DNA of 64,000 nt, taken from assembly GCA_963751275.1 (NCBI GenBank), contig CAVVTZ010000007.1, forward strand, positions 864,001-928,000. Reading direction: 5' to 3'. This DNA comes from an uncultured Gemmatimonadaceae bacterium. GTDB lineage: Bacteria > Gemmatimonadota > Gemmatimonadetes > Gemmatimonadales > Gemmatimonadaceae. A program made the translations under genes and the position numbers. The notes beneath the pieces were generated by a model, which saw only the letters and a program-made list of their open reading frames with translations, was not told the DNA's origin and did no database searches. Shown here one piece after another: positions 1 through 9,331 of this stretch; the stretch's first letter is position 1, and each line of letters begins with the position of its first letter.

Positions 1-164
1 TTCATGATCCGCTGGCGGTCCTTGGCGACATTCACGGAATCGGCGCGCGCGCGCGCGAGCGAGTCCGCGGCCTGTCGGGCGCGAGCGGCGGAGTCCGGCT
101 GCTGAGCCGCGAGCGGCAGGGCAATGAGGCCCAGCGTGACGGCGTAGAACGAATGAGAGCGCAT
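1..164 (-). CDS. Exported protein, 5' part only (runs off window start); possibly outer-membrane/metal-uptake protein
   Basis: Manual translation from ATG at 164: MRSHSFYAVTLGLIALPLAAQQPDSAARARQAADSLARARADSV..., a Sec signal peptide; lies directly downstream of a DUF2946-like leader. Not in the ORF track because it has no stop in the window. Confidence 0.6.
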   Translation of the reverse strand, partial: MRSHSFYAVTLGLIALPLAAQQPDSAARARQAADSLARARADSVNVAKDRQRIM

Positions 165-268
165 GTGTCCGTGAGGTCGGCGCGCGCCGTGCGGCCGCGA
201 GGATCGCGGCGCTGGTGCGGCGTGCGGTCGGCTTCGCGCCGGCGGGATGGCCGGCGGGCGCGCTCAGG

Positions 269-637
269 TCAGATGCTGAGGCGCGCGCGGGCGGAGGCGG
301 GAGGCGCCCGTGGGGCGCCGGGGCTCCACGCGATGCGTGCGACGGCCTCCGAGGCCGTCGCGGCGAAGGCCGACGCCGCCGCATCGGGGGCGTTCAAGGC
401 CTGGGAGCCGCTCGACGTGATGCCGATGAGCGTCTGCGCGGCGCACGCCGCGCAGTCGTCCGGATTGTGCGCGAAATGCAAACTCACGCCGAACGCCTCG
501 ACGTGCGACGGCGCGCTGTTCCCCGCGTTGGAATCCGCGATCGGCGCGAGCGACGACACCGCGAACTGCGCCGCCGCCACGAGGGCGGCGGCGAGGACAC
601 GGAAGGTCGAACGGCGACGGGAAATCAGGCGGGTCAT
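269..637 (-). CDS. DUF2946-like (CruR/CutF-type) leader protein with CxxC and C-terminal RAPP motif
   Basis: N-terminal basic + hydrophobic segment, HVEAFGVSLHFAHNPDDCAACAA, and PRAPP near the C-terminus; paralog of 3289-3642. Confidence 0.75.
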   Translation of the reverse strand: MTRLISRRRSTFRVLAAALVAAAQFAVSSLAPIADSNAGNSAPSHVEAFGVSLHFAHNPDDCAACAAQTLIGITSSGSQALNAPDAAASAFAATASEAVARIAWSPGAPRAPPASARARLSI

Positions 638-675
638 GCCTCTAAGGTAGCTGGAGGGTTTCGGGTTGGCAAAAC

Positions 676-761
676 ACTACAGACTGAGACCTTAGACTGA
701 GACTTCGGAATGCGGGAGGAACCGATTTCTAGAGTCTCAGTCTAACGTCTCAGTCTGCAGT
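676..761. repeat. Palindromic intergenic element built from AGACTGAGAC units; possible terminator of the TonB receptor gene
   Basis: actacagactgagaccttagactgagact ... agtctcagtctaacgtctcagtctgcagt form inverted arms just downstream of the receptor stop. Confidence 0.6.
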
Positions 762-786
762 TAGAACGCGCCAGACGGCCCGTTCG

Positions 787-3141
787 TTACAGATTCACCG
801 ACACCTGCAGCTGCACCGTCCGCGGGCGTCCCGCCGAGGCACCGCTGAAGAACTGGCCTTTGAGCAGGTACTGCGAGTCGAAGAGATTGTCGATGTACAG
901 CACCGGGCGCAGGACGGTCCTCCCGAAGATCCAGGTGTAACCGGCGCTGAGGCTCGTGATGAAGTTGGGCGCGACGTGGATGCTGCGGTTGAAATCGGTG
1001 AGTCCCGTGCCGATCGGCTGAGTGATGTCGGCGCCGTTCGTGAGGCCCGTGCCGTACGTGCCTGAGGCGCTCGCGAACCAGTTCTTGCCCGAGTACACGA
1101 CCGAGGCCACCGACGAGATGCGCTGGTCGTGGTCGAGGTCGAACCAGTTGCCCGGCACGCCGGTGGAATCCACGGGAAAGAATCCGCCGGTGATCGGGCC
1201 TTTCCCATATGCGTGATTCAGCGCGAAGTTCACGTAGCCCGACCACGGGCCGGCGGGGCGGATCTCGAGCGTGGCCTCCACGCCCTTGATCTGCACGTCG
1301 GCGATGTTGACCGACGTGACGATCGCCGAGCCGGGCACCGTCTGATCGTCGATCCCGGGCGTGCTCTGCTTGTAGTACCCCGAGAGCTTCAGCACGCCGA
1401 ATGACAACCGCTGCACGTACCCCACTTCGAAGAAGTTGTCACGCTCGGGGAGCGTTGGCGCGGTGACGACGTTGGAATCGGCGACGCTCGTGATGGTGCG
1501 CAGATCCTCGACGTTGGTCGGCATGAACAGCCGCCCGTAGTACGCGTAGAGGGTGGCGCTCGCGGTGGGGTAGAAATTCACGCGGATGCGCGGGCTCCAT
1601 TGTTCCTGGTGGCCGGCGAACGGCGCCGCGTGGTCGTCATAGCGCACCCCGAGGTGGAAGTCGAACCATTCGACCGGTGCGATGACCGATTGCGCGTAGC
1701 CGTCCACGTCGCTGCCGTTCAAGTCCGAGTTCGACGCCGGTCCCGGATTCCCCAGCGAATCCACCGACGTGAACGATTCATGGCCGGTGGTCTGGGAGAC
1801 GAGCGCGCCCACCTTGAACGAGAACATGTGCCCGGTGCGCCACGCGTAGCTCGCGGTCAGGCCGTAATTCTGGAAATTGCGGTCCTCGTGGAGATTGTAC
1901 GGAGTCGTGTCGGGGAAGAAGATGAACGTGGGGTCATCGTCGACGCCCGGGGTGTAGAGGAGCGAGCCCTTCCGGTAGAAGAGTCCGGTGAACACTTCGC
2001 CGCCGGGTTCCTCCGGGCCCGCCTGCGGCGAGCCGGTGAGGTGATGCCACCCGAAGTTGATGAAACTGTTCTTGTCCTTCTGATTGTCGTCGATGATGCC
2101 GGTGGCGGAATCGAAGGGGATCTGGAAATTCGTCGTGGATGCGTTCCCCTCGAGATAGAACTGGTCCCGGTCGCCCGGGGAGTACTCGATCTTCCCGAAG
2201 CCGAAGAGGTCCTGCCCGTAGTTGCTGTAGTTGTACGGCTTGAACGTGGTGGTGTCGTACGCCACCGGATACTGCCGCATGTCCGTCACCTGGCGCGTGC
2301 CCGCCGCGAAGAAGCCCCATGTGCCATTGCTGCTGCTGAGGTCGAGGGTCTGGCCGTTGCTGTTGTACGATCCCGCGTACGCCGACGCCCCCATGTGGAA
2401 CGCGCCCGTGGGGACGCGCGTCGCCACGTTCACGATGGCGGCGTTGCGATTGCCGTATTCCGCGTCCCAGCCGCCGGTGAGGAAGGAGATGCGGTCCACG
2501 ATGGCTGGATCGAACAGCTCATTGAGGCTTCCGGAGATCCCGGGATACACGGGAATGCCGTCGAGATAGTACGTGTACTCGGCGTGCTGCCCGCGGATGT
2601 GCACTTCGCCGGTGGGAGCGCGCGCCGCACCGGTGATCGCCTGCTGCAGGATCTGCGACGTGGTGCTGGTGGGCGATCCGTGATACTCGTCCTGCTGGAA
2701 GACCTGCACGCCACTGCGCGTGTCGATCGCGATCGGTGCGCTGGTGTTCACGGAGATGGCCTGCAGCGTGACCGCGACGGCGACCAACTTGAAGGCGATC
2801 GAGACGTTCTTGCCGCCTACCAGACTGATCGCTCGATCCTCCGGGCGGAAGCCGAGGAGGCGGACGAGCAGTGAGTAGTGTCCTGGTTTGACGTTGTGGA
2901 TCACGAAGCGGCCGAACGGGTCGGCGAGGACGCGCGAGATCACCTGCTGCTGGTCGGTGATGATGCTCACCTGCGCACCCTGCAGTGCCTGGCCGGTGGC
3001 GGAATCGGTGACCGTGCCGCTGACATCGGAGTTGTCGGGATCGGTGGCGGCATGCGCGGTCGCGGGGGCGAAAAGGGCGAACGCCACGCACGCGGCGAGG
3101 CCGGCGAGTTGACGGATGTGCTCGAGTGTTCTGCTGGACAT
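787..3141 (-). CDS. TonB-dependent outer-membrane receptor with N-terminal carboxypeptidase-regulatory-like domain
   Basis: 784 aa; signal peptide, VSGTVTDSATGQAL N-domain, plug motif (HIRGQH..YYLDGIP, GGWDAEYG), NLFD..Y and terminal beta strand. Confidence 0.9.
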   Translation of the reverse strand: MSSRTLEHIRQLAGLAACVAFALFAPATAHAATDPDNSDVSGTVTDSATGQALQGAQVSIITDQQQVISRVLADPFGRFVIHNVKPGHYSLLVRLLGFRPEDRAISLVGGKNVSIAFKLVAVAVTLQAISVNTSAPIAIDTRSGVQVFQQDEYHGSPTSTTSQILQQAITGAARAPTGEVHIRGQHAEYTYYLDGIPVYPGISGSLNELFDPAIVDRISFLTGGWDAEYGNRNAAIVNVATRVPTGAFHMGASAYAGSYNSNGQTLDLSSSNGTWGFFAAGTRQVTDMRQYPVAYDTTTFKPYNYSNYGQDLFGFGKIEYSPGDRDQFYLEGNASTTNFQIPFDSATGIIDDNQKDKNSFINFGWHHLTGSPQAGPEEPGGEVFTGLFYRKGSLLYTPGVDDDPTFIFFPDTTPYNLHEDRNFQNYGLTASYAWRTGHMFSFKVGALVSQTTGHESFTSVDSLGNPGPASNSDLNGSDVDGYAQSVIAPVEWFDFHLGVRYDDHAAPFAGHQEQWSPRIRVNFYPTASATLYAYYGRLFMPTNVEDLRTITSVADSNVVTAPTLPERDNFFEVGYVQRLSFGVLKLSGYYKQSTPGIDDQTVPGSAIVTSVNIADVQIKGVEATLEIRPAGPWSGYVNFALNHAYGKGPITGGFFPVDSTGVPGNWFDLDHDQRISSVASVVYSGKNWFASASGTYGTGLTNGADITQPIGTGLTDFNRSIHVAPNFITSLSAGYTWIFGRTVLRPVLYIDNLFDSQYLLKGQFFSGASAGRPRTVQLQVSVNL

Positions 3142-3288
3142 GGACTGCTCCGGGCATATGTGTGAGTCCGCCGGCGGCGCACGCGAATGCGGCTCCGCCG
3201 AAAGACCGAGTCGTGGATGCGCCGACCGGAGCCCCGAAGGGCCCGCGATCAGCGCGCGCGATCAGTTGTCAGTGGCGCTCGGCTGGAT

Positions 3289-3642
3289 TCAGCGAGCGGC
3301 GGCGGCGGAGCGGGGAGGGGCGCGCGGGGATTTCGGAGTGCCGGCGCGAGCGCGCACCGGCGGGACCGCGGCGATCGCGACGCGATCGCGGTGCGCGGCG
3401 AGCTGGAGCGCCGGCGTCGGCGCGCGCGGCGCGTCGCCCACCATGTGCGACGCGGCACATGCGGCGCAGTTGTCGGGATCGTGCGAATAGTGGAGATGAA
3501 CGCCGAACTCTTCCACGTGCGCCGGCGCACTCGCGCCCTGCACGCCATCCACGAGCGGGCCGAATCCGACGACCACGAATTGCACCGTCGCGATGAACGC
3601 GGCGGCGAGCTTGCGGATGCGCGGAGCGGTCAGCGGTCGCAT
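3289..3642 (-). CDS. DUF2946-like (CruR/CutF-type) leader protein with CxxC and C-terminal RAPP motif
   Basis: Signal-like N-terminus, HVEEFGVHLHYSHDPDNCAACAASH, SPRAPPRS near the end; immediately upstream of a TonB-dependent receptor. Confidence 0.8.
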   Translation of the reverse strand: MRPLTAPRIRKLAAAFIATVQFVVVGFGPLVDGVQGASAPAHVEEFGVHLHYSHDPDNCAACAASHMVGDAPRAPTPALQLAAHRDRVAIAAVPPVRARAGTPKSPRAPPRSAAAAR

Positions 3643-3660
3643 ACGCTCACGATAATCGTG

Positions 3661-4533
3661 CTACCGGACATCCGCCACACTCTTCGCGTAGCCCCTGAGG
3701 CGCCGCAGCATCTTCGAATCGGCCTTCGCATGGTCATCGCCTTTGGGGGTCTCGATCACTTTCGCGACCTTCTCTAAACGCGGATCGGTCATGATCCGTT
3801 GGAACGGTTTCCTGCCCAGCGAGCCCTCGCCGATCAGCTCGTGGCGATCGCGGCGGCTCGCGAAGGGGGTCTTCGAGTCGTTCAGGTGCATGGTGCGGAG
3901 GCGCGCCATGCCGAGCGCATCGTCGAACCGCTGCCACACTCCATCGTAATCCTTCACGAGATCGTAGCCTGCGGAATAGACGTGGCAGCTGTCAACGCAC
4001 ACGCCGACGCGTTTCCTTTGCGCCTTCGGCAAGCGCTCGATGATCGCGGCCAGTTCCTCGAACGTCGCGCCAAGCGCGGTGCCGCTGCCGGCGGTGGTCT
4101 CCAGGCAGAGCACGGTGCGGCCGGGCGCGCGCTCGAGCGCCTCGGCGATCGCGTCGGCGTTGCGCGCGAGCCCGCTCGCGCGGTCGTCCATGAAATTCCC
4201 GGGGTGACTCACGAGATAGGTAAGGCCGAGGGCCTCGCAGCGCCGCAGCTCCGCAACGAAGCTCTCGGTGCTGCGGCGGCGGAGCGCCTTGTCGGGGCTC
4301 GCGAGATTGATGAGATACGAATCGTGCGCCATGGTGACGCGCACATCGGTCTCGGCGAGCGCCGCGCGGAAGCCCGCGATCTCGGCCTCGTCGCACTCGC
4401 GCTCCTGCCAGCGGCTCGCGGCCTTCGTGAACAGTTGCAACGCGGTAGCCTTGATCAGCTTCGCGCGCGGCGGTGCGGTGACGGTGCCGCCGCCCGCGGT
4501 GGAGCAATGCGCGCCGAGCGGCGCTTCGCTCAC
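3661..4533 (-). CDS. nfo: Endonuclease IV (AP endonuclease)
   Basis: LGAHCS, HDSYLINLAS, HPG, LETTAGSGT, DSCH, HLNDSK, DRHE and ETPK motifs; GTG start overlaps envC stop (GTGA). Confidence 0.93.
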   Translation of the reverse strand: MSEAPLGAHCSTAGGGTVTAPPRAKLIKATALQLFTKAASRWQERECDEAEIAGFRAALAETDVRVTMAHDSYLINLASPDKALRRRSTESFVAELRRCEALGLTYLVSHPGNFMDDRASGLARNADAIAEALERAPGRTVLCLETTAGSGTALGATFEELAAIIERLPKAQRKRVGVCVDSCHVYSAGYDLVKDYDGVWQRFDDALGMARLRTMHLNDSKTPFASRRDRHELIGEGSLGRKPFQRIMTDPRLEKVAKVIETPKGDDHAKADSKMLRRLRGYAKSVADVR

Positions 4534-5735
4534 GGGAGCGGCTTGAGGTAGTCCAGCGGATCCACCGCGTGGCCGCCCGGCCGCAGCTCGAAATGCAAAT
4601 GCGCGGGGAGCTCGGGGTCCGAGACGCCGGCGTATCCGATCACCTGTCCGCGGTTCACGATATCGCCCTTCTTCACGTTGAGACGGCTGAGCGAGCCATA
4701 CACCGAGTAGTCGCCGCCGGCGTGCTGGACGATCACGGTGAGCCCGTACGTGCTGAGCGCATCGGCGACCACCACCTTGCCCGCCGCCACCGTGCGCACC
4801 TCCGTCCCCTCCGCCGCGGCGATTCCGATGCCGTTCCACCGGACGGTGGTGTTGTTCGGGTTCACGACCCGGCCGAAGCTGTAGAGGAGATTCCCCTTGA
4901 GCGGCCAGTCGAAGGTGCCGGTGCCGCTCCTCTTGAGCGTCGGCGCCGCCTTCGGGGCGCGTGACTCGCGCTCGGCCTTGGCCCGCGCGGTCTCCAGCGT
5001 GCCGATCATGTCGGTGAGCTTCTGCTCGTCCTCGGCGAGCGATGCGAGCCGCTTCTCGGTCTCGCGCGATTTCTGCTTGGCGGAGGCGAGGCTGCTCGCC
5101 TGCTCCTCCTGCAGGCTGCGCAGGCGCCGCTCCTCATCGGCCTTCTCACCGAGATTGATCTCGATCTCTTCCTGGAAATGCACGAGGTTCTCGCGCTGGT
5201 GGTCGATCTGCTTGCGCAGGTCGTCCACGCGCTTCACGAGCGCCTGGTCGCGCAGGGCGGCGAGATGCAGGTACTTGTAGCGCGCCACGAGGTCCGCGAA
5301 GCTGTTCGCGCTGAGCAGCACTTCGCTCGAATAGAGGCCGCCGCGCTTGTAGATGTCCACGAGGCGCCGCTGCAGGACGACCTTCTTGAATTCCAGCTCG
5401 TCCTGCGCGCGCACGAGGTCGGCCGTGGTGACGCTGACATCGGCGTTGATCGCGGCGAGCTGGTTGTCGAGCGTCTCCACCACGCGCGCCGTCGTCTCCA
5501 CCTGGCGGTTCACGTTCTCCAACTCTTCGGAGAGGTCGTGCACCGTGCCCTGCAGCGCGATGCGGCGGCGCTCGAGCTCCTGGCGCTCGTTGCGCAGCTG
5601 GTCGAGGCGCGCGCGCTCATCGCGCAGGCGCTGCTCGGCCTGCTGCAGCGTGGGCTGCTGGGCGCCGGCGCGCGGCGCATTCGCGGCGAGCGCGAACGCG
5701 GCGAGCGTAGCGGCGATCGCGAGCCGCCGCCTCAC
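4530..5735 (-). CDS. envC: Murein hydrolase activator EnvC (coiled coil + M23 domain)
   Basis: Signal peptide, long coiled coil, degenerate M23/LytM domain (WNGIGI, HLHFELR); downstream of ftsEX. Confidence 0.85.
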   Translation of the reverse strand: MRRRLAIAATLAAFALAANAPRAGAQQPTLQQAEQRLRDERARLDQLRNERQELERRRIALQGTVHDLSEELENVNRQVETTARVVETLDNQLAAINADVSVTTADLVRAQDELEFKKVVLQRRLVDIYKRGGLYSSEVLLSANSFADLVARYKYLHLAALRDQALVKRVDDLRKQIDHQRENLVHFQEEIEINLGEKADEERRLRSLQEEQASSLASAKQKSRETEKRLASLAEDEQKLTDMIGTLETARAKAERESRAPKAAPTLKRSGTGTFDWPLKGNLLYSFGRVVNPNNTTVRWNGIGIAAAEGTEVRTVAAGKVVVADALSTYGLTVIVQHAGGDYSVYGSLSRLNVKKGDIVNRGQVIGYAGVSDPELPAHLHFELRPGGHAVDPLDYLKPLP

Positions 5736-6581
5736 ACGTCGCGCAGGTGGCGCCCGACGGACATCGAACTGCCGAGCAGTCCGATGAGCCCTCCGCCGAG
5801 GATGCCGAGCAGCGCAATGTCGCGGTCGAAGAAGACCGTCGTGATGAAGCGGTCGCTGATGAGCTGGCTCGCGCCCCAGGTCATCGCGAGCGCGAGCGCC
5901 CCGCCGGCGACGCCCTTGAGGAAGCCGTCGATCAGGAAGGGGCGGCGCACGAAGCCGTTCGTCGCGCCCACGAGGCGCATGATCGAGATCTCGCGCGCGC
6001 GCGCGAGCACGGCCATGCGGATCGTGGTGCCGATGATGATGACGGCGACCGCCGCGAAGGCGAGGCCGAGCACGACGCCCGCGGCCACGGCGAGCCGGCG
6101 GATGTCGTACAGCTTCTTCACCCACTCCTCGCCGTAGCGCACGTCGTCCACGAACGGATAGCTTGAGCACCCGTGAGGCGACCGAGGCCACATTGGTGGG
6201 ATCGCGATAGCCATCCTTGAGCCGGACGTCGATCGACCCGGGCAGCACGTTCGCGTCGAACACGTCGCTGAACTCGCTGAGCTCCTTGCGCGCGCGCTGG
6301 AGCGCCATCTCCGGCGTCACGTACTCCACCGATTGCACTTCGGGGAAGGCATTGATGTCGCCGAGCGCGGTGGTGATCGCCTCGAGCGGCGTGCCGTCGG
6401 CGATGAACGCGCGGATCTCGACGCGCTCCTCGAGCCCGCGCAGCGCGCGGCTCACGTTGAGCGCCACGAGGCCGAACAACCCGACGGCGAACAGCAGAAC
6501 GCGATGGTCACGATGCTCAGCGTGCTGAGCAGCGGCGCGCGGCGGAAGGCCGAGGACGACTTCGCGGAGCGTGAGGCGCAT
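5732..6581 (-). CDS. ftsX: Cell division permease FtsX (apparent frameshifts)
   Basis: Pieces in different frames: MRLTLREV..., LFAVGLFGLVALNV...DVRLKDG, and VDDVRYGEEWV...IGTTIRMAVLARAREISIMRLVGATNGFVRRPFLIDG. Confidence 0.8.
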
Positions 6582-7290
6582 CAGGCGTCCCCATCCTGGG
6601 TGCCGCCGGCACGGGCTGCGCCGCCGAATCGAACACGAGCTGCGCCGTCGATTGAGCTCGATCACGCGGTAGTTCGAGCGCCGGACGAGGTCGAGGTTGT
6701 GCGTCGCCATGATCACCGCCGTGCCGGACGCGTTGATGTCGCGCAGCAGCTGGAAGACGCCGCGGGTGGCGCGCTCGTCGAGGTTGCCGGTGGGCTCGTC
6801 GGCGATCGAGCACGATCGGGATCGTTGACGAGCGCGCGGGCGATCGCAACGCGCTGCTGCTCGCCGCCCGACAGCTCGCGGGGATAGCTCGTCGCCTTGG
6901 ACGCGAGCCCGACCTGCGTGAGCAGGCGGCTCACGCGCGCCGCGAGTCCGTCGCGCGGCGCGCCGGTCACCTCGAGCGCGAAGGCGACGTTCTCCTCGGC
7001 GGTGCGGTCCTCGAGCAGGCGGAAGTCCTGGAAGACGACGCCGAGCTTGCGGCGCAGCAGCGGCACGCTCGCGCTGGCGGATCGTCGACTCGCGGCGGTG
7101 CCGCTCACGCGCACCTCGCCGGAGGTGGGATGCTCCTCCATGAAGATGAGCTCGCAGGATCGTGGTCTTGCCGGCGCCGCTCGGGCCCGGTGAGGAAGAC
7201 GAACTCGCCCTTGGCCACGTGGAAGGTGACGTCGTTGAGCGCGACGCCGGTGCGCGGATATTCCTTCGTGACGTGCGTGAAGCGGATCAT
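6581..7290 (-). CDS. ftsE: Cell division ABC ATPase FtsE (apparent frameshifts)
   Basis: [11 protein letters not shown]...[43 protein letters not shown] and MATHNLDLV occur in shifted frames. Confidence 0.8.
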
Positions 7291-8451
7291 CAGCGAATGG
7301 CCTGCTTCGAGGTCGGCGATCAGGTCGGCGGCGTCCTCGATGCCCACCGAGAGGCGCACGAAGCCATCGGGGATGCCGATCGCGCGCGCGCTCCTCGGGC
7401 GTCATGTGCGCGTGCGACGTGAAGCGCGGCTCGCACACCAGCGAGTCCACGCCGCCGAGGCTCGTGGCGTGCGCGAAGATCTGCAGGCGCCGCAGGAAAG
7501 TTCGGCCCCGGCAGGCGCCGCCCTCCACCTCCACCGCCAGCATGCCGCCGAAGCCGTCCAGCTGCTCGCGCGCGATCGCGTGGTCGGGATGCGACTCGAG
7601 CCCGGGGTAGTGCACGGCCGTGAACGCCTTCTGCGACGCGCACCAGTGGGCGATCTTCATGGCGTTCTCGTTCTGCCGCTGCACGCGCACGTCGAGCGTC
7701 TTGAGGCCGCGCTCGAGCAGCCAGCAGGCGAAGGGATCCGGCGCCTGGCCCCACAGCATCATCTTCTGCCGCACTTCCTCGATGTAGTCGCGGTGCCCAT
7801 CACCGCGCCGCCGATGACGTCGTGGTGGCCGTTGAGGTACTTGGTGACCGAGTGGATCACGACGTCGGCGCCGTGCTCGAGCGGGCGGAAGTTGATCGGC
7901 GTCGCGAAGGTCGAGTCCACGACCAGCGCGAGCCCGGTCTCCTGCGTGAGGTAGCTGATCGGCCGCAGGTCGAGCACGCGGCAGCGTCGGGATTCACCGG
8001 CGTCTCGACGAAGATGGCGCGCGTGTGCTTGCGCAGCTTCTTGCGCCAGCCGCGCGACTCGAGCGGATCGACGAGCGTGACGCTGATGCCCATCGCCTCG
8101 AACTCCTGCGTGAGGAGCTGGTGCGTGCCGCCGTAGATCCACGCGCTGGCGAGCAGGTGGTCGCCGGGGCGGAGCAGGGCGAGCAGCGCGCACGCGGTGG
8201 CGCCCTGTCCGCTGCCGAGCACGAGCGACGGCCTCGGCGCCTTCGAGCAGCGCGAGCCGGCGCTGCACGAGCTCGGCGTTGGGATTGTTGCCGTAGCGCG
8301 GATAGCGCAGGCCCTCGCTCGTGCCGACTTCCTGGATGAAGTTGACCGATTGATAGAGCGGCGAGACGACCGGCGTGTCGGCGTCGCGGGACTCGCGCGC
8401 GCCGTGCAGGGCGAGCGTCGAGAGGCCGGGGCGGGATTCGGGAGTGGTCAT
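7290..8451 (-). CDS. PLP-dependent trans-sulfuration enzyme (cystathionine gamma-lyase/synthase family; apparent frameshifts)
   Basis: [44 protein letters not shown] and RLSVGIED motifs split over frames. Confidence 0.85.
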
Positions 8452-8462
8452 GGGTTCGCGGC

Positions 8463-8768
8463 TCAGACGTTGCGGCGGGGCCCGGTGCGGGCGTCGGTGT
8501 TCGGTTTGACGATCGTCACTACTTCGGACGGCAGGGCGCCGGCGATGTCACGCAGCACCACGTGTCCGCGCGGGATCCGGTCGTCGATCGCCAGTGGGGC
8601 GAGTTCGTGACGCCGGGGCCCATACACCCAGACGAGTTCCCCCTCGGTGAGGATTCGGAGCCGCGCATCCTCCGCGCTCATCCATACCATGGTACCGCGC
8701 TCAGGGTCCTGCGGACGGGTGGAGATGAAATCAAGCACCCGGAGCGGCGGATTGAATGTCTCGTTCAC
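8463..8768 (-). CDS. Small molybdopterin-dinucleotide-binding-like (double-psi barrel) protein
   Basis: VWMSAEDARLRILTEGELVWVYGPR...IDDRIPRGHVVL pattern typical of this domain; translationally coupled to the upstream gene. Confidence 0.6.
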   Translation of the reverse strand: MNETFNPPLRVLDFISTRPQDPERGTMVWMSAEDARLRILTEGELVWVYGPRRHELAPLAIDDRIPRGHVVLRDIAGALPSEVVTIVKPNTDARTGPRRNV

Positions 8769-9331
8769 TGCGCCGCTCCCACGGCGACGTAACTCTGCTC
8801 GAGACGCATGGCGAGGCGGCGGCGGAAGAGGCGGTCGAGCACGCGCTCGGCGTCGAAGCCGGCGAGTCCCACCTCGCAGGCGAGCTCGTGCGGGGTGAGG
8901 CGGCCGCGGCGGCAGAGCGTGTCCCAGGCCATCCGCTCTTCCTCGGCGACGATCCCGATGAGGATCACGTCGCCGCCATCGACCTCGGCGACGATCGCGA
9001 GGCCGTGCCGCTCGAGCACCGCCTCGATCGCGTCGTAGTGCTCGTCCTTCACGCCGCGGAAGACGAAGTACGCATTGCGCGGCGGCGGCGCGGCATCATC
9101 GAGGCCGGCGTAGCGCATGAGCAGCTTCGCGACGATCTCATCGGCGCACGAGTAGTCGATGACACCCACGTGCGAGAAGTCGATCACGGTGAGCGACCGG
9201 TCGCCGAGCTCGGCGAGCTGCTTCTCGATGCCATCGCGCACCGCCGCGCCGGTGGGGCGCGTGACCAGATCGGTGTAGAGGTCGCACACCGTGCGGCGCA
9301 GGACGCCGGTGAGGTCGATGTGATTGATCAC
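8765..9331 (-). CDS. STAS-like domain protein with C-terminal winged-helix-like segment
   Basis: VIDFSHVGVIDYSCADEIV (STAS-like); C-terminal LTPHELACEVGL...VLDRLFRRRL (wHTH-like). Confidence 0.6.
   Translation of the reverse strand: MINHIDLTGVLRRTVCDLYTDLVTRPTGAAVRDGIEKQLAELGDRSLTVIDFSHVGVIDYSCADEIVAKLLMRYAGLDDAAPPPRNAYFVFRGVKDEHYDAIEAVLERHGLAIVAEVDGGDVILIGIVAEEERMAWDTLCRRGRLTPHELACEVGLAGFDAERVLDRLFRRRLAMRLEQSYVAVGAAQ

Noticed and set aside
6150..8240. Programmed frameshifting or true pseudogenes in ftsEX
   Set aside because: Multiple scattered indels without slippery sites; the pattern fits sequencing error.
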